A stretch of DNA of 64,000 nt from Carcharhinus longimanus (taxonomy: Eukaryota). Shown piece by piece: positions 12,268 through 25,282 of the stretch; the first letter of the stretch is position 1, and each line of letters begins with the position of its first letter. The translations under genes and the position numbers were made by a program. The stretch lies in contig JASCQW010000105.1 of the NCBI GenBank assembly GCA_030264375.1, positions 46,828,594-46,892,593 of the forward strand, read 5' to 3'. Under the pieces are notes generated by a model that did not search any database, was not told the origin of the DNA, and saw only the letters and a list, made by a program, of their open reading frames with translations.

Positions 12268-13387
12268 TTTGTGTCCAGGCTGACTCATATTCTTCTGTGT
12301 TGAATTATTTGCCTGTGCAGCTCACTGTACAGGCTAGCATTATTTTTTGTATTTGACAAAAACAATTTTTAATNNNNNNNNNNNNNNNNNNNNNNNNNNN
12401 NNNNNNNNNNNNNNNNNNNNNNNNNNNNNNNNNNNNNNNNNNNNNNNNNNNNNNNNNNNNNNNNNNNNNNNNNTAATCTTATTAATTTTTTTTAAACACG
12501 GAATCCTTGAAGGTCATGTTTACTATCTAGGGTCTACTGTTGGTTGGCTGCCCTCCAACAGCAAGGCAATCAAGTTTCTTTTCATGTGTTTCCATGCTTT
12601 TTGTGTCTTGTGTTGATTAGCTTTTTGGTAATAGTTCAAATGCTGCATTGTGTGCTTAATTTTTACTTCAGTAATGTAATTAACATCTCATTCCTTCATC
12701 AAATGGGTCACTTCTGGCCCACACCCTGATCATTCACCTTTCCCAACTGTACTGGTCCTCTCAATGCGCTGTCCCATGAATGGAACTGCCAGTCTACATG
12801 CTTCAGTCTCACCATGGGGGATCCATCTGCTTATCAGCTCTTTATTTGAGCACCAGCTGGGTGTTGTGTCTTCAAGGTTTTATTTCGTAATCACCATGCT
12901 GTGCTTGCAACACTCTGACACTGCAACTTCATTGAGTTCTTACTAAAATGTCAAGGGCCATCACTTGCCATGTGGCACAAACAAAGGTTGTTTATCATTT
13001 CATACCTGCACTTAATCTTGCTGTCACCATATTGTGCTATTAACACATTATTGTACCTTGGCCTTATTGACTGCGCAAGAAACAAGGCATCAGTCACTCA
13101 TGGGAATTGGGTTAACATGCTGCTAACTAAAGTAATGGTTAGGTATAAAGCTTGGAAATTTCAGAGCAGTGTGTATTTTGCTCAGAGTAAAACTGAAATC
13201 ATGACTGGATCACATGACATGTTTTGTTTCCAGTGATCTCATGCAGTTATCCATTACAGGCATATTACAATACCTATTGACCAGAATCTGAAAACTGAAA
13301 ATTAATCCTTGTTGATTGGTTGATAATTTAAGGGAATTTGAATATATAGTCATCAAAATGATTCTCTNNNNNNNNNNNNNNNNNNNN

Positions 13388-13530
13388 AACAGCACATCTT
13401 TGGGGTGTGGGAGGAAACCGGAGCACCCGGAGAAAACCCACGCAAGCACGGGGAGAATGCGCAAGCTCCCACAGACACTGGCCCAAATCCATGTGTCTGC
13501 ACAGCAAACAGTGATAGTCACTGAGCTGTC
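13388..13530 (-). mobile_element. HE1-type V-SINE fragment
   Basis: GTGGGAGGAAACCGGAGCACCCGGAGAAAACCCACGCA is the reverse complement of the V-domain; abuts an N-gap. Confidence 0.85.
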
Positions 13531-14589
13531 GTGTTATTATTCTAGTACAAATGGAAAAATTGAATACAGAATAATGAATGTGCAACATGACTCTAGTGTT
13601 GCATGATTGTGCCAAAAACAGGATGTAAACAATGTTCTGGGTGAATAAATGCATGTAGCAAGTAAGCTGAGGTTATGGTTATTGGACTTTGGAGAAACCT
13701 GTCTTGAATATAGAAGAAGTGCATCTGAGAAGAGTTTTAATAGTCAGGTCTTTTCATAAACTTTGGCCAGACTAATGATGTAATTCTTACTTTTGCAGAA
13801 AGATAATCATATCAATAATCTAAGATTTTAGTTTCACTTAATTTATTGTGCAGCACTACTGAGAACGGATATTTTATGAACCACGTTGAATGCTTCATGT
13901 GAATGTTTTAATTTTAACTAATTGTTTAAAAAATGACCTTTTCTGTGGCATGCTAAGTAACTTTGATGCATTAATATAAATTAGACTATTCTGTTCCAAT
14001 GATGGAACAATCTTGCAAATTGCCATTCCACACAGAAATTTAATTTTTGGATTATGGGGCATGCTTCTTGAACATAATTAGGAATTGTATCATCCAGCCT
14101 TCAGGCAATTTACTGTTTGGTAGTATGACAGATGGTGGAGAGGAAACAGATGTGTAATCCCCTGATACTCTATGGAAGAAACAAGAAATTTCTTGATCAT
14201 GTTTATGCCAATATTCACTAAGTGAGTAACAGGGATTTCAAACCTGTGAAATATGTGAATATAGTTATGCATATTTGTTACTTTAGCAGTAAATTTATTC
14301 TCAGTACCTGTTTCCAAATTCACAAGTGTGGCAGATTCATAGGTCAACAGACAATTACAACTCTATAAAAGTTTATTAGCCTATTTCTGTGTATCAAGAA
14401 ACTCACATTCACACATGGTCCCCCTTAATACTTCCATTTATTATTAGTTATCATGATGGTAGGTTTGCTTGTTATAAATAATTTGATATGTATCATTTGT
14501 TTCCTGAAAGACAGAATCTTCATAATCAAACCTTGAAACTCCACAGCACAAATATTGTCATAACTTCAAGGTACATCTCAAGGCTCTTT

Positions 14590-16020
14590 ATACATATATA
14601 AAGAGCAAGAGAGTAGCCAGGGAAAGGGTTGGCCCACTCCAGGACAAGGGATGGGATCTATGCATGGAACCAGAGGAAATAGGCAAGGTATTAAATGAAT
14701 ACTTTGCATCAGAATTCACCAAAGAGAAGGACGTTGTGGATGATAAGTCTGGGAAAGGGTGTGCAGATAGTTTGAATCATTTTGAGATCAAAAAGGAGGA
14801 GGTATTGGGGTTTTTGTGAAACATTAAGGTCGACAAGACCCCAGTGTCTGATGGGATATACCCCAGAATACTGAGAGAGGCAAGAGAGGAAATTGCTGGG
14901 GCATTGAGAGAAATCTTTGTATCCTCACTGGCTACAAGGGAAGTCCCAGAAGATTGGAGAATAGCCAATGTTGTTCCTTTGTTTCAGAAGGATAGCAAGA
15001 ATAATCCAGGTAATTACAGGCCAGTGAACCTGATGTCATGCGGTAAGGAAATTATTGGAGAGGACTCTTCAAGACAGGATTTACTCCCAATTTACTCCCA
15101 CGTGGAAATAAGTGGGTGTATTAGTGAGAGGCAACATGTTTTTGTGAAGAGGGGAGTCGTGCCTCACTAGCTTGATTGAGTTTTTTGCGGAAATGGCGAA
15201 GATGATTGATGAAGATAGGGCAGTGAATGTTTCTACATGGACTTCAGTAAGGCTTTTGACAAAGTCCCTCATGGCAGATAGACGCAGAAGGTGAAGTTAC
15301 ATGGGAGTAGAGGTGAGCTGGCAAGGTGGACACAGAATTGGCTCGATCAAAAAAGACAGAGTGTCACAGTGGAAGGATCACAGTGAATGGGGGACTTGTG
15401 ACAAGTGGCGTTCCTCAGGGATCAGTGGTGGGACCTTTGCTATTTGTAATACGTATAAATGATTTGGAAGAAAATATAAGTGGTTTGATTAGTATGCTTG
15501 TGGATGATACAAAGTTTGGTGGATTTGTGGATAGCGATGAGGGCCATCGGAGGATACAGCAGGATACAGATTGTTCGAAGACTTAGGCATAGAGATGGTA
15601 GATGGAGTTTAATCCGGACAAATGTGAGGTAATGCATTTTGGAAGGTCTAATACAGATAGGANNNNNNNNNNNNNNNNNNNNNNNNNNNNNNNNNNNNNN
15701 NNNNNNNNNNNNNNNNNNNNNNNNNNNNNNNNNNNNNNNNNNNNNNNNNNNNNNNNNNNNNNGTGCGAGAGGCAAGGTTTAAAGAAGATGTACGAGGCAG
15801 ATTTTTTACACAGAAGGTGGTGGGTGCCTGGAACTCTTTGCCAGGGGAGATAGTGGAAGTGGATACGGTAGTGACTTTTAAGGGGCATCTTGACAAATAC
15901 ATAAGTAGGATGGGAATAGAGGATATGGTCCATGGAAGGGTAGGGAGCATGGTCGGTGCAGGCTTGGAGGGCTGAAGGGCCTTTTCCTATGCTGTAATTT
16001 TCTTTCTTCTTTTGTTCTTT
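14590..16020 (+). mobile_element. CR1/HER1-like LINE ORF2 3' half
   Basis: DGIYPRILREAREEIAGAL..EVPEDWRIANVVPLF..PGNYRPV, TSGVPQGSVVGPLLFVI and RGRFFTQKVVGAWNSLP; spans a 100-N gap. Confidence 0.95.
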
Positions 16021-17464
16021 GTAAAGGAGCTACTGTAATTAGAATTCATTTCAGTTTCCTATTAATTTCACTTCTGAAAACATAGGTCTTGAAATTGATT
16101 GACATGGCACCCATTTTTAGACATAAAATTGGCACTTTAGGTACTGTATAGTGCAGATCATGCGGCACACATCCATCGCTGGAAGGGAGCTTGCCATATC
16201 AGTTTGGATTCCTCTGTCAGCAACCAGCGTACAAGCTGGAACTACTTTTTTTTAATTAATGGGGATACAGGCTGACTAGAACATATTTATTGCCCATTCC
16301 CAATTGACGTTCCCAAGGACAATTAGAATGAGTAATAAATGCTAGTCTAGCTAATGACATTCATATCCCATGAATGAATTAAAACGAGCTCTGGAAAATT
16401 ATTATATACTCTGCTTGTAAAACTTCATTCTCAAATCAGCCCAGACCAATGCCAGTTTTACTATGTGATAATATTGCCCAGCACCTCATGGTTCTAACAA
16501 TCAGTTGATTAAATGGATCAACCCCTCCCCTGTAATGAGAGTTGCTGGCTTGAAACATTCTGCTACTAGTTAACTTCAACACACTTTTAGAAAACTATTT
16601 TTGCATTCACAGGTGATACTTCGTAAAATACTTAGTCAGTTTACTACTAGTCTGGTATGTCTTCTTTTGGGTTTGGTGGAAGGCAGGGAGCAGAAAAGTC
16701 ACATTGGGGCCTGAACTTTTACACCATGGTTACTTCCAGACCACAGAAGAGGCAATCAGTGACAGTTCACAGTTTGCTGTGCATCACTGTATCAGGTAAG
16801 CTTGCCATTCTAAATGAAACATATGTAATACATTCCCCAAAGACAAAACAAAACAGGATAATGGGGCATTAGACTTTGGTCAGCATACAAGGTTTCATAC
16901 TCCTATGAGCTCCTCATCAGCAAGTTGGAGTCTCTATCCCAATAGAGGGAGAGATCCTTAGCTATATTTCTTGTTTGGGATCACAAGCAGTGCTTCATGC
17001 AAGTCTGTGCCCAGTTTCCCAGCAATGGTGATTTACTTATACTAAGCCAATATGCTGAGCGTAATCCTGGCAACATTACATGCTGGCTACTGGATGTCCA
17101 CTAATATATCATATAGCCAAGGCTCATCTAAGGAAACTGGACACAGATGATTGAAAAATGTGCTCACTGCCTATATAATTGGTGAGTACAAACAACATTT
17201 CTTCCCATTGTTTGGGAGGAACTCAATTCATCCCTGCACTGTATTTCTTGATTTGCGATTGTGAGCTGTGCACCACATAACATTTCTATACTGAGGGGTC
17301 AGCCCACACCAATGCGGAGGTAGCAAGAAGTGGAAGGAGAATATAGAGAAAAGAAAAGTAGTATGAAGAGAAGGAAGAACAAAAGCAATCTTGATCACTG
17401 CTGTGGATGTGCCTAGCTGCCAGAACTGTTACAGGCCAATTGATCCAAGGACATTTCACTTGAA

Positions 17465-17760
17465 CTATTCATCCCACTTCAGATACACCAACAGTCCTAC
17501 GTTCATTATTATCACCAGTCTTATGACAATATTCCAATTGCTGTTCTTCAGCCCAGCATCAGTCTGGTCATCAACGGTTTACAAATTGATGTGGTCTAAG
17601 GCAATCTGGTCCAGTTGGCTTGACAGCCTGGTAAGGTCAGTATTTTTTTTCAGCATTGCAATCCCATCCTGTGAGGTGAGGATTTTTCCACGGAGTTCTT
17701 CAATCAGCTCTTCCCAGTGACAGTAGTCATGTTTATTGGAGGGCCTACTAGAGATCATTT
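17465..17760 (-). pseudogene. Env/fusion-glycoprotein-like C-terminal remnant (tentative)
   Basis: Hand translation WEELIEELRGKILTSQDGIAMLKKNTDLTRLSSQLDQIALDHINL*TVDDQTDAGLKNSNWNIVIRLVIIMNVGLLVYLKWDE*: a heptad-like helix, then a hydrophobic TM-like stretch. Confidence 0.35.
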
Positions 17761-17929
17761 ATTCTCTTTTCCTGGTCCAATGTGATCATGGCTGATCTAT
17801 AACTTTATTTGTTATAATCCGGGTCAGAAACTCCAAAGTGTTTTATGGAGCCTGCCTGCATCATAGGTTGGCTAGGATAAGCTCAATTATCCCCTACCAT
17901 TCACAACTGGATATGATGGGACCGAAAAG

Positions 17930-18428
17930 GTGAGGGAATATGTAACAAATCTGACTGAATCTTTAATCAGAGAGATCTTGACAGGATGGATATGCAGAGT
18001 ATGTTTTCTCTTACATGAGAATTNNNNNNNNNNNNNNNNNNNNNNNNNNNNNNNNNNNNNNNNNNNNNNNNNNNNNNNNNNNNNNNNNNNNNNNNNNNNN
18101 NNNNNNNNNNNNNNNNNNNNNNNGATCTTGACAGGATGGATATGCAGAGGATGTTTTCTCTTACATGAGAATTTAGAACTAGAGGTCACTGTTCAGAAAT
18201 TAGGTGAATTTCTTTGAGGGTCATGAGCTTTTGCAACTCTCTTCTTAAAAAGGTAGCGGAAATGGTCTTTGAATATTTTTAAACCAGCGGTTTATAGATT
18301 CTTGATAAGCAAGGCAGTGATATGTTTTCGGGTAGGCGGGATGCAGATTTGAGGTTGCTAACAGATCAGCCATGATCTTATAAATGATGGAGCAGATTTG
18401 ATGGTCTACCCCTGCTCCTTATTCTTAT
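17930..18428 (+). mobile_element. CR1 LINE 3' fragment
   Basis: CR1 C-terminus plus 3' UTR (GATCAGCCATGATCTT..CCTGCTCCTTATTCTT). Confidence 0.85.
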
Positions 18429-18852
18429 TGTTGAAGATTAGTCAGACAGCACACACCTGAGTACTAGACCTTGCAAGATTTTATTGCTTGCTAGCAAGGA
18501 GAACAGACATGTAAATTCCACTATGATGTTCTGTTGATTCATACAGATAATTAGCAGTTATAATAACTTACAGAAAATGAGAAACGAGCAACTTTCTAAT
18601 CCTTCATTTGCATACATAGTCCACTAATAACTTTTTGACCTTTCTTATCCAGTAGAAAATCTTCTCCTTCATTAGCATAATATGCCACCATATCTTGTCT
18701 TTTTTTCTATTTGTCCTGGTAACTTGTCTTCGTTTCATCCTGTGGCCAGGGCCTGGAGTGCAGTGTTCGTGAAACTGACACAAAGTTAGATTAGCCTCTT
18801 TGCTGAATATGCAACCACTGACCTTCAATGAGGTTTGTCTGCCTTGCTGACA
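18429..18852 (-). mobile_element. LTR (ERV/Gypsy-like)
   Basis: Minus strand starts TGTCAGC after a G-rich tract (AGCGGGTGGTTC), has AATAAA near its end and finishes ..ATCTTCAACA. Confidence 0.5.
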
Positions 18853-19328
18853 GAACCACCCGCTGTAGTTGTTGTAACTTAATTTCCACAGTGTATTTGT
18901 ATGTAATCTTTCATTAAATGTATTCTACCTTTGCTACTTGCTTGACTTAAAGCTGTTAGTATATCAGGTCCTGAGTAACAACTGTAAAGAGGTAGAATGT
19001 ATAAATCTCATCTCTCCATTGGAGTGTGCCTCTATAACCTGCACTCATGCCTCTGGAACACAGCTTCTATTTCAACAGACTTCATTTGACAGCGAACACG
19101 GAGGTGGCCTATTTACCATATAATCAAACTGGGGGTAGGGGCAGATGTCAGACAACAGGTGGGGTAAAAACCAGAACTTGTCCTGACTTTGGGGTGCTGA
19201 TTCCCACAGGAAAATTCAGTCTCGTGTTTCAGGTTGATGAACTTTTATGAGGACAATTGTGTTGAAGGGTCAGTGGCCTGAAATGTTAACTCACTTTGGA
19301 ATTGAAAGTTGTTTAAATTAAATCGAGA

Positions 19329-19531
19329 GGGCACGATTCTCAGCCTTCCAGCTGTATGTTTCCCGCTGGCAGGAGGTGGCACGTTGTTTGCTAGCAGCGG
19401 CTTTCTCTAGTCCTGCCGCTGTCAATGGGAGCTCCCATTGATATCGCCAGTGAGAAACCTGTGGGCGGGGAGGGGGGGCGTCACTGGCAGGACTGGAGAA
19501 TCCTGGCATGAACAGCCAGAGAATTCCAGCC
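19329..19531. mobile_element. ~200-bp MITE (Harbinger-like)
   Basis: Termini GGGCACGATTCTC..GAGAATTCCAGCC; central palindrome TCAATGGGAGCTCCCATTGA; same family at 32782-32957. Confidence 0.75.
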
Positions 19532-19604
19532 ATAGACTTTGCATCAGCTGAGTCGACCCAAGTTAAATTAAATTACGTGTATCATAATGATTTGTGTTTT
19601 TTGA

Positions 19605-19830
19605 AACCCAAAGAGAAACTGTAGAAAATCTCAGCAGGTTTGGCAGCACCTGTAAGGAGAGAAAAGAGCTGACCTTTTGAGTCCAGATGACCCTTTGTCA
19701 AGGCAGTCATCTGGACTTGACATGTCCGCTCTTTTCTCTCCTTACAGACGCTATCAGACTGCCAAGACTTCCCAACACTCTTCCTTTTGCCTTCAGATTC
19801 CAGGATCCACAGTAATTTGCTATGATCCGT
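19605..19830. mobile_element. Palindromic Penelope pseudo-LTR remnant
   Basis: Inverted arms CTGTAAGGAGAGAAAAGAGC..GTCCAGATGAC and GTCATCTGGAC..GCTCTTTTCTCTCCTTACAG. Confidence 0.7.
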
Positions 19831-20504
19831 GTTTTTTGTTTTCCCGTTTCTTTGTTTGGGGTGCAGTGAAAAAATAGCACATTGACAGTTTTATTGCTCA
19901 AATTTATTTCCAGCACAGTACATTAGAACGTAGCCACACCAAATAATGGACAATGTAATTTTCTAAATTAATTCTTTCATGCATACATAAAGAGAGCATG
20001 CATGAATACATCTACATTTTAACAAACCACCCACTGTAACATATTACACTTTGACAGTTGTCTCAAAATTTTGATACAGATTCTGCCATATATTGACACT
20101 TAGATTGTTTTATGATAACTTTTGATATGTTGATAATACATGGGGCAGAATTTTCCAGCCTGTTGGAGAAATCAGAATTATTATTTCAAAACCACTCTGG
20201 ACTTGCTAGCACATTTTTTTCTGTGGATACGTTTCTTCTGCTTCTCACAATAAAGTACATTTTCCTCAGGGTTTAGAGTCAAACAAATTTCGATATGAGC
20301 AGTTGCAATAGTGATTTGAAAATGGACCAGAAGGTCAGTTTTTTACGCTTTGTCAGTTGTAGAAAGACTTGATTCCAAAAAATATCTATCAAAGAATTAT
20401 TAAATACAAATCATGTTAAAATTGTACAGCCACGGGCAAAAGGTAAAGATAAGAAAACCTTGTGCTGAGCTGTCACTCAGATCAAGGATATGTTATTCAA
20501 AAGG

Positions 20505-20750
20505 AGCTTGATGTCGAAATTTGCGGATGACACCAAGATTGGGGGAACGGCAAATTGTGTGGAGGGTGTGGAGAGTCTGCAGAAGGATNNNNNNNNNNNN
20601 NNNNNNNNNNNNNNNNNNNNNNNNNNNNNNNNNNNNNNNNNNNNNNNNNNNNNNNNNNNNNNNNNNNNNNNNNNNNNNNNNNNNNNNNGCTCGAAGGGCC
20701 AGATGGCCTACTCCTGCTCCTATTTCTTATGTTCTTATGTTCTTATGTAA
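20505..20750 (+). mobile_element. CR1 LINE fragment spanning an N-gap
   Basis: SKFADDTKIGG before the gap; (TTCTTATG)n tail after it. Confidence 0.9.
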
Positions 20751-20894
20751 TAGCAAATCATGCACATATTGCTGGAAATTAATTACTAGAAGATTTTGGG
20801 CAATGTGACCCATACCATTTATTAACCCAACTACTGTTGACACTCAATATTTCGGCTATCAGCCATCTACACGAATGGTTGTACTTTTAAAACT

Positions 20895-21180
20895 ACTTAT
20901 TGGTGTCATAAGTTGGCTTACGTTAACACTGCAATGTGATTTACTTGAAAATCTCTGCGTCGCCACACTCTGGTGCCTGTTCAGGAACATGGAGAGAGAA
21001 TTTAGCATGGCCAATGCACCTAACCAACACATCTTTCAGTCTGTGGGAGGAAACCGAGTACCCAGAAGAAACTGGTGCAAACTCCGCACAGACAGCGACT
21101 CAAGCTGGGAATCGAACCCAGGTCCCTGGCATTCTGAGGTGTGGTGTGACTGTGTGACTGTGTGACTGTGCTACTGTCAC
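20895..21180 (-). mobile_element. V-SINE with an alternative (non-HER1) tail
   Basis: V-domain is present, but the minus-strand 3' part reads GAGTGTGGCGACG..CATTGCAGTGTTAACGTAAGCC..GACACCAATAAG, unlike the other HE1 copies. Confidence 0.75.
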
Positions 21181-22174
21181 AATTTTACCAATTTCAGCAT
21201 GTATTCTTTTATATTCTTTCTGTATTTAAATTAACTGATGTCAATGTTGACAACTTGCATTGTCACTCCCAGTCAAACATTTTTATCACTGTTGTCCACT
21301 TTAGGTGGACTATAATATACTCAGAAGATAATGAGTATCATTATCAATATGGTTTTGTTACTTTGTTATTTGAATAGTCTGTCAAACATTTTCTCAACAT
21401 AGGCACCAGTTTGCAAATGTTCTTAAGGAAGATCTTGCATGGACAATTGAGAAAAAATTGCCAGGGCGTTGTTCTGATGCAGTGACTGGGTTGCTGTCAG
21501 TAGGTTAATACAATTTGAAAAGGCATAACCTCAAGAAAGCAATACAGAGATCCATTTAAACTACTTCAATTCATCCTGTTAAGGGGATAGGGGTATCTTT
21601 TTGACTCATGAGCCCCTTTAATGAGAATTTGCCTTGATGCTTGAAAGATGTGCCATTTTATTTATAGCAATCAATTTCTCTGAGCTGGTGCTAGAAAAAT
21701 GGCATTTTGTGATCCACTAGCACTCTCCGTATGGAAAATATGTCTGCTTAATGCTTACTGTTGATTGTACCCTGAAATGAAACTGATAGATTCTGCCCGT
21801 GCCGACTGAGAATGCAAGGTATCAACATGGTGGTGGCAGAAGGAATATAGCGTCGCTTTATCAGAGATTTTGAAAGTGGTAATAAAGGATTGGGAGCCAG
21901 TGAAAATGGGCTCTTTCCCAAATTCCTTACTTCTCCTTTACAACCTTTCCAAAACCATTCTATCATACCAGCAGCCTATTTACATAACATCATCAAAGGT
22001 TTTTGTTTCAGCTGCCAAATTTCATCAAAAAATAGAGATATGTTGTAAATAATTGTCAATAATTTACAATCTATTGTGATAGGATTTATTTTGAGTTTCC
22101 CCTAAAAATTATGATCTCTGTGAACTGGATCAACTTGAATTAGTAATTATTTTAGGTCCTGAATGCATTTTGAG

Positions 22175-22475
22175 AACCATAAAATCCCTGCAGTGCAGAA
22201 GGCGGCCATTTGACCTGTCAAGCCTGCATCGACTCATCAATAAAACATCTGATCCAGGCCCTATCCCTTTAACCTCACGTATTTACCCTACTAACCTACA
22301 GATCTTGCATTGCCAAAAGGTAATTTAGCATGGCCAGTTCACCTAACCTGCACATCTTTGAACTGTGGAAGGAAACCGGAGCATCCAGAGGAAAACCATG
22401 CAGATACTGGGAGAATGTGCAAACTCCACAAAGCTGGAATTGAAGCACGGTCCCTGGAGCTGCGAGGCTGTTACT
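22175..22475 (-). mobile_element. HE1-type V-SINE
   Basis: Reverse-complement V-domain and CR1-type tail. Confidence 0.88.
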
Positions 22476-22599
22476 GTTAACAAGACACACATATTTTTAG
22501 TTTTCAGGAGAAAACCTCAATTGCTTAAAATAAATGACATTTTTAAGAAATAGTATAATTTTGTGATAGAATTGAAATTATTCAAATGCTAACTTGAAA

Positions 22600-23590
22600 T
22601 CCATTTCAGCTCTTGGACATAGTTGCAGAAGTTTCTCAGAGTAGTGTCTTTGGACCAATCACCTTCAGACTCTTCATCAATGACCTTCCTTCATGAGTTC
22701 AGAAGTGAAAATGTTTGTTGATGATTTTCTAATGTTCAGCACCATTCCCTACTCCTCAGGCACTGAAGCAGTTTGTGAATACATGTAACAAGGCCTGGAC
22801 AACATTCAGGTTTTTGCTCATAAGTGATGAACAGTATTTACATTTTGCAAATGCCAAGCAATGATCACCCCCAGCAAGATAGAATCCAATAATTACTCCT
22901 CTACATGCAAATTATCATTGCTGAATCCCCCTCTATCAACATCCTAGGTTGAGCAGAAACTGAACTGGACCAATTATGTAAGTACTGTGGGTACCAGAGC
23001 AAGTCAGAGGCTGGGAATTATTTGGTGAATAACTCACTTTCTAACTCCCCAAAGCCAGTCCACTATCTACAAGGCACAAGTCAAAAGTGTGATGGAATAC
23101 TCTCCACTTTCGTGGATGAGTGCAACCTCAACACTTGAGGTTCGACACCATCCAAGACAAAGCAGCCCATTTCATTGGCAGTCCACCCACCACCTTCAAT
23201 ATGACTCTGTCCACCACCGACATACTTGGAGCGTCTCTCAAATACACTGTGGAAACTCACCACGGCTCCTTCAACAACACCTTCCAAATCCATAACTTCT
23301 ATCATCTAGGAAGACAAGGACAGCAGATGCATAGAAACATCAGCACCTGCAAGCTACTCTCCAAATCACACAATGTCCGAAGTTTGAACTACATCATTGT
23401 TCCTCCACTGTTACTAGGTCAAAATTCTGCATTTCTGTTTTGAACAATACTGTGGATGTACCTGCACCACAAGAACTGCATTTGTTCAAGAAGGCAGCTA
23501 ATCACCACCTTTGTCAAGGGAAGTTAATGATGGGTAATAAATGTTGGCCTAGCCAACAATCCCCAAGATCTGTGAAAGAATGAAAGAAAC
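22600..23590 (+). mobile_element. CR1-like LINE (second family) 3' portion
   Basis: VSQSSVFGPITFRLFINDLPS..MFVDD and YKAQVKSVMEYSPLSWMSA; tail ..GGTAATAAATGTTGGCCTAGCC. Confidence 0.85.
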
Positions 23591-24559
23591 TCAAAAAACT
23601 TCGAAAAATTGGAAATATTGAAATGATCATTTCCCCCTATTAATTGTCAGAAATGTTTCGATGATATCAAAAAGCTTGTCAGTGCCAGCAAAATGTAGAA
23701 AGAAAAGTTCACAAGACATAGACTGCCCATAATTGAAAATTATTGATTATTTTAGAGGCTTAATCTTTGAACTGCTGTATTTATTTTCATTTTATGTTAT
23801 TTTTATAATATATTAGTTTTTTTACAAGTCAATCTAACATAACACAAGCCACAGATCAAATGTCAGTGTAAATATGTATTATCTTTCCACTCTTATGTAT
23901 TTTTTTCCTGTGCAGCCATGTCCAGAATTTTGGCCGTTTTGAAATAGAAGTTGTCAATCTATTTGTGATTTTGATGAATAAACATGTGGCTGGGTGGTCT
24001 TTTCAAATGACTTTCAGTATTTTGAGCTGTCATTGGAATCCGTTGAATAAGCTTTAGCCTCGCAATGGTCAGCTATTTTAGGTTCAGTGGAAAGATGTGA
24101 AAAACAATCGTATCAGAACATAAAATTGTTCAATCAATCAATAACATTCCAGGATGAGTAACTTTATTTCTTTCCTTAATGTACTTTATTTGGATTGAAA
24201 TTTAACTAGCAGATGTAAAGAATGTCAGTTCACTGAAATAGTTCAAGCTGTGGAACTGCTGTCAATATAAAGATCACCATATTTTACTCACAGAATGTTA
24301 ACCACGCTAACTTGTTTATCAATTGCTGAATTTTGCTTGTATTCTGCTTGGTGGCTTGGTAGTGAACCATGTGGAAACATTGGATACAAGGACGCTCTGG
24401 TTTGCCATTCAAATTGTGCCTTCATTCCCAGCTATCCTGGAACAAACCAGCATCCACTGAGGATACTGAGTCCTTGAAAGCATGTCTAGCTGATCTAATG
24501 CACGCATATTGCTGGGCAGCCAATGACTTCGTCAATTTTCACATGCAGTGCAAATTTTT

Positions 24560-25282
24560 GGGAGTATTCTGAGATCTCAAGGCCAACCCAGACAAAGGGA
24601 CTGGAATAGTCATCCTTATCAAGTGCCATTATATTGACAAAATAATGCATGTGTATGCATTGGTCCTGCTGCTAAGCATAACTGCACAGCTCTGCTCATA
24701 TGTTTAATAAAATATTTTGTTGTATTTGTCTTGAAGTAACAGTCTGCTTGGTGGCTTATGTAGTAGGATTCACCAAACAGTTCAATGCATCCACATATGT
24801 ATGTATCATAGGATGCTCAAAAGTATTATAATGCCCTAGCTTTTCTATGACTAGTCCTGCACAATATGAATCACCAAATGGTTAAGCAAATTGTGATTGC
24901 TAGTTCAGAGTATGTTTTCCCTGTACACCTTTGCAAAGATCAAACAGGACATCGTGTGAATCCATTAGCCATTGAATTTATGAACTCAGCAACTCCTGCT
25001 GAGTTCAGTTACAACACCACATGTACTAAATTGATGGCTGCCATTGGTCTCCTCAAGACACAGCTATCACAAATATTTTTGTTGGCTTCCACAAGAAAAG
25101 CGTCTTCAATGGGAAGCCCCCCCACCTCCTGTGGCTTGCATATTTCCGATAGCAAGATGATATGTTTGCTATATTTGAATCTGCAACTGTAAGTAAGAAT
25201 TTCCTTACATACAAGATTATTCAGTCTGTGCTCAAATACACCTTTGAATTGGAACAGTCAAGCAGGTTCCTTGAGGTGGTCA
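24560..25282 (+). mobile_element. Penelope-like element RT remnant
   Basis: PDKGTGIVILIKCHYIDKI, EFSYNTT..IDG..NIFVGFHKK, DDMFAIFES and TFELEQSSRFLEVV are decayed PLE RT motifs. Confidence 0.8.

Noticed and set aside
17974-18173. ~50-bp direct repeat on either side of the 100-N gap
   Set aside because: Overlapping contig ends joined by a placeholder gap; an assembly artefact, not biology.
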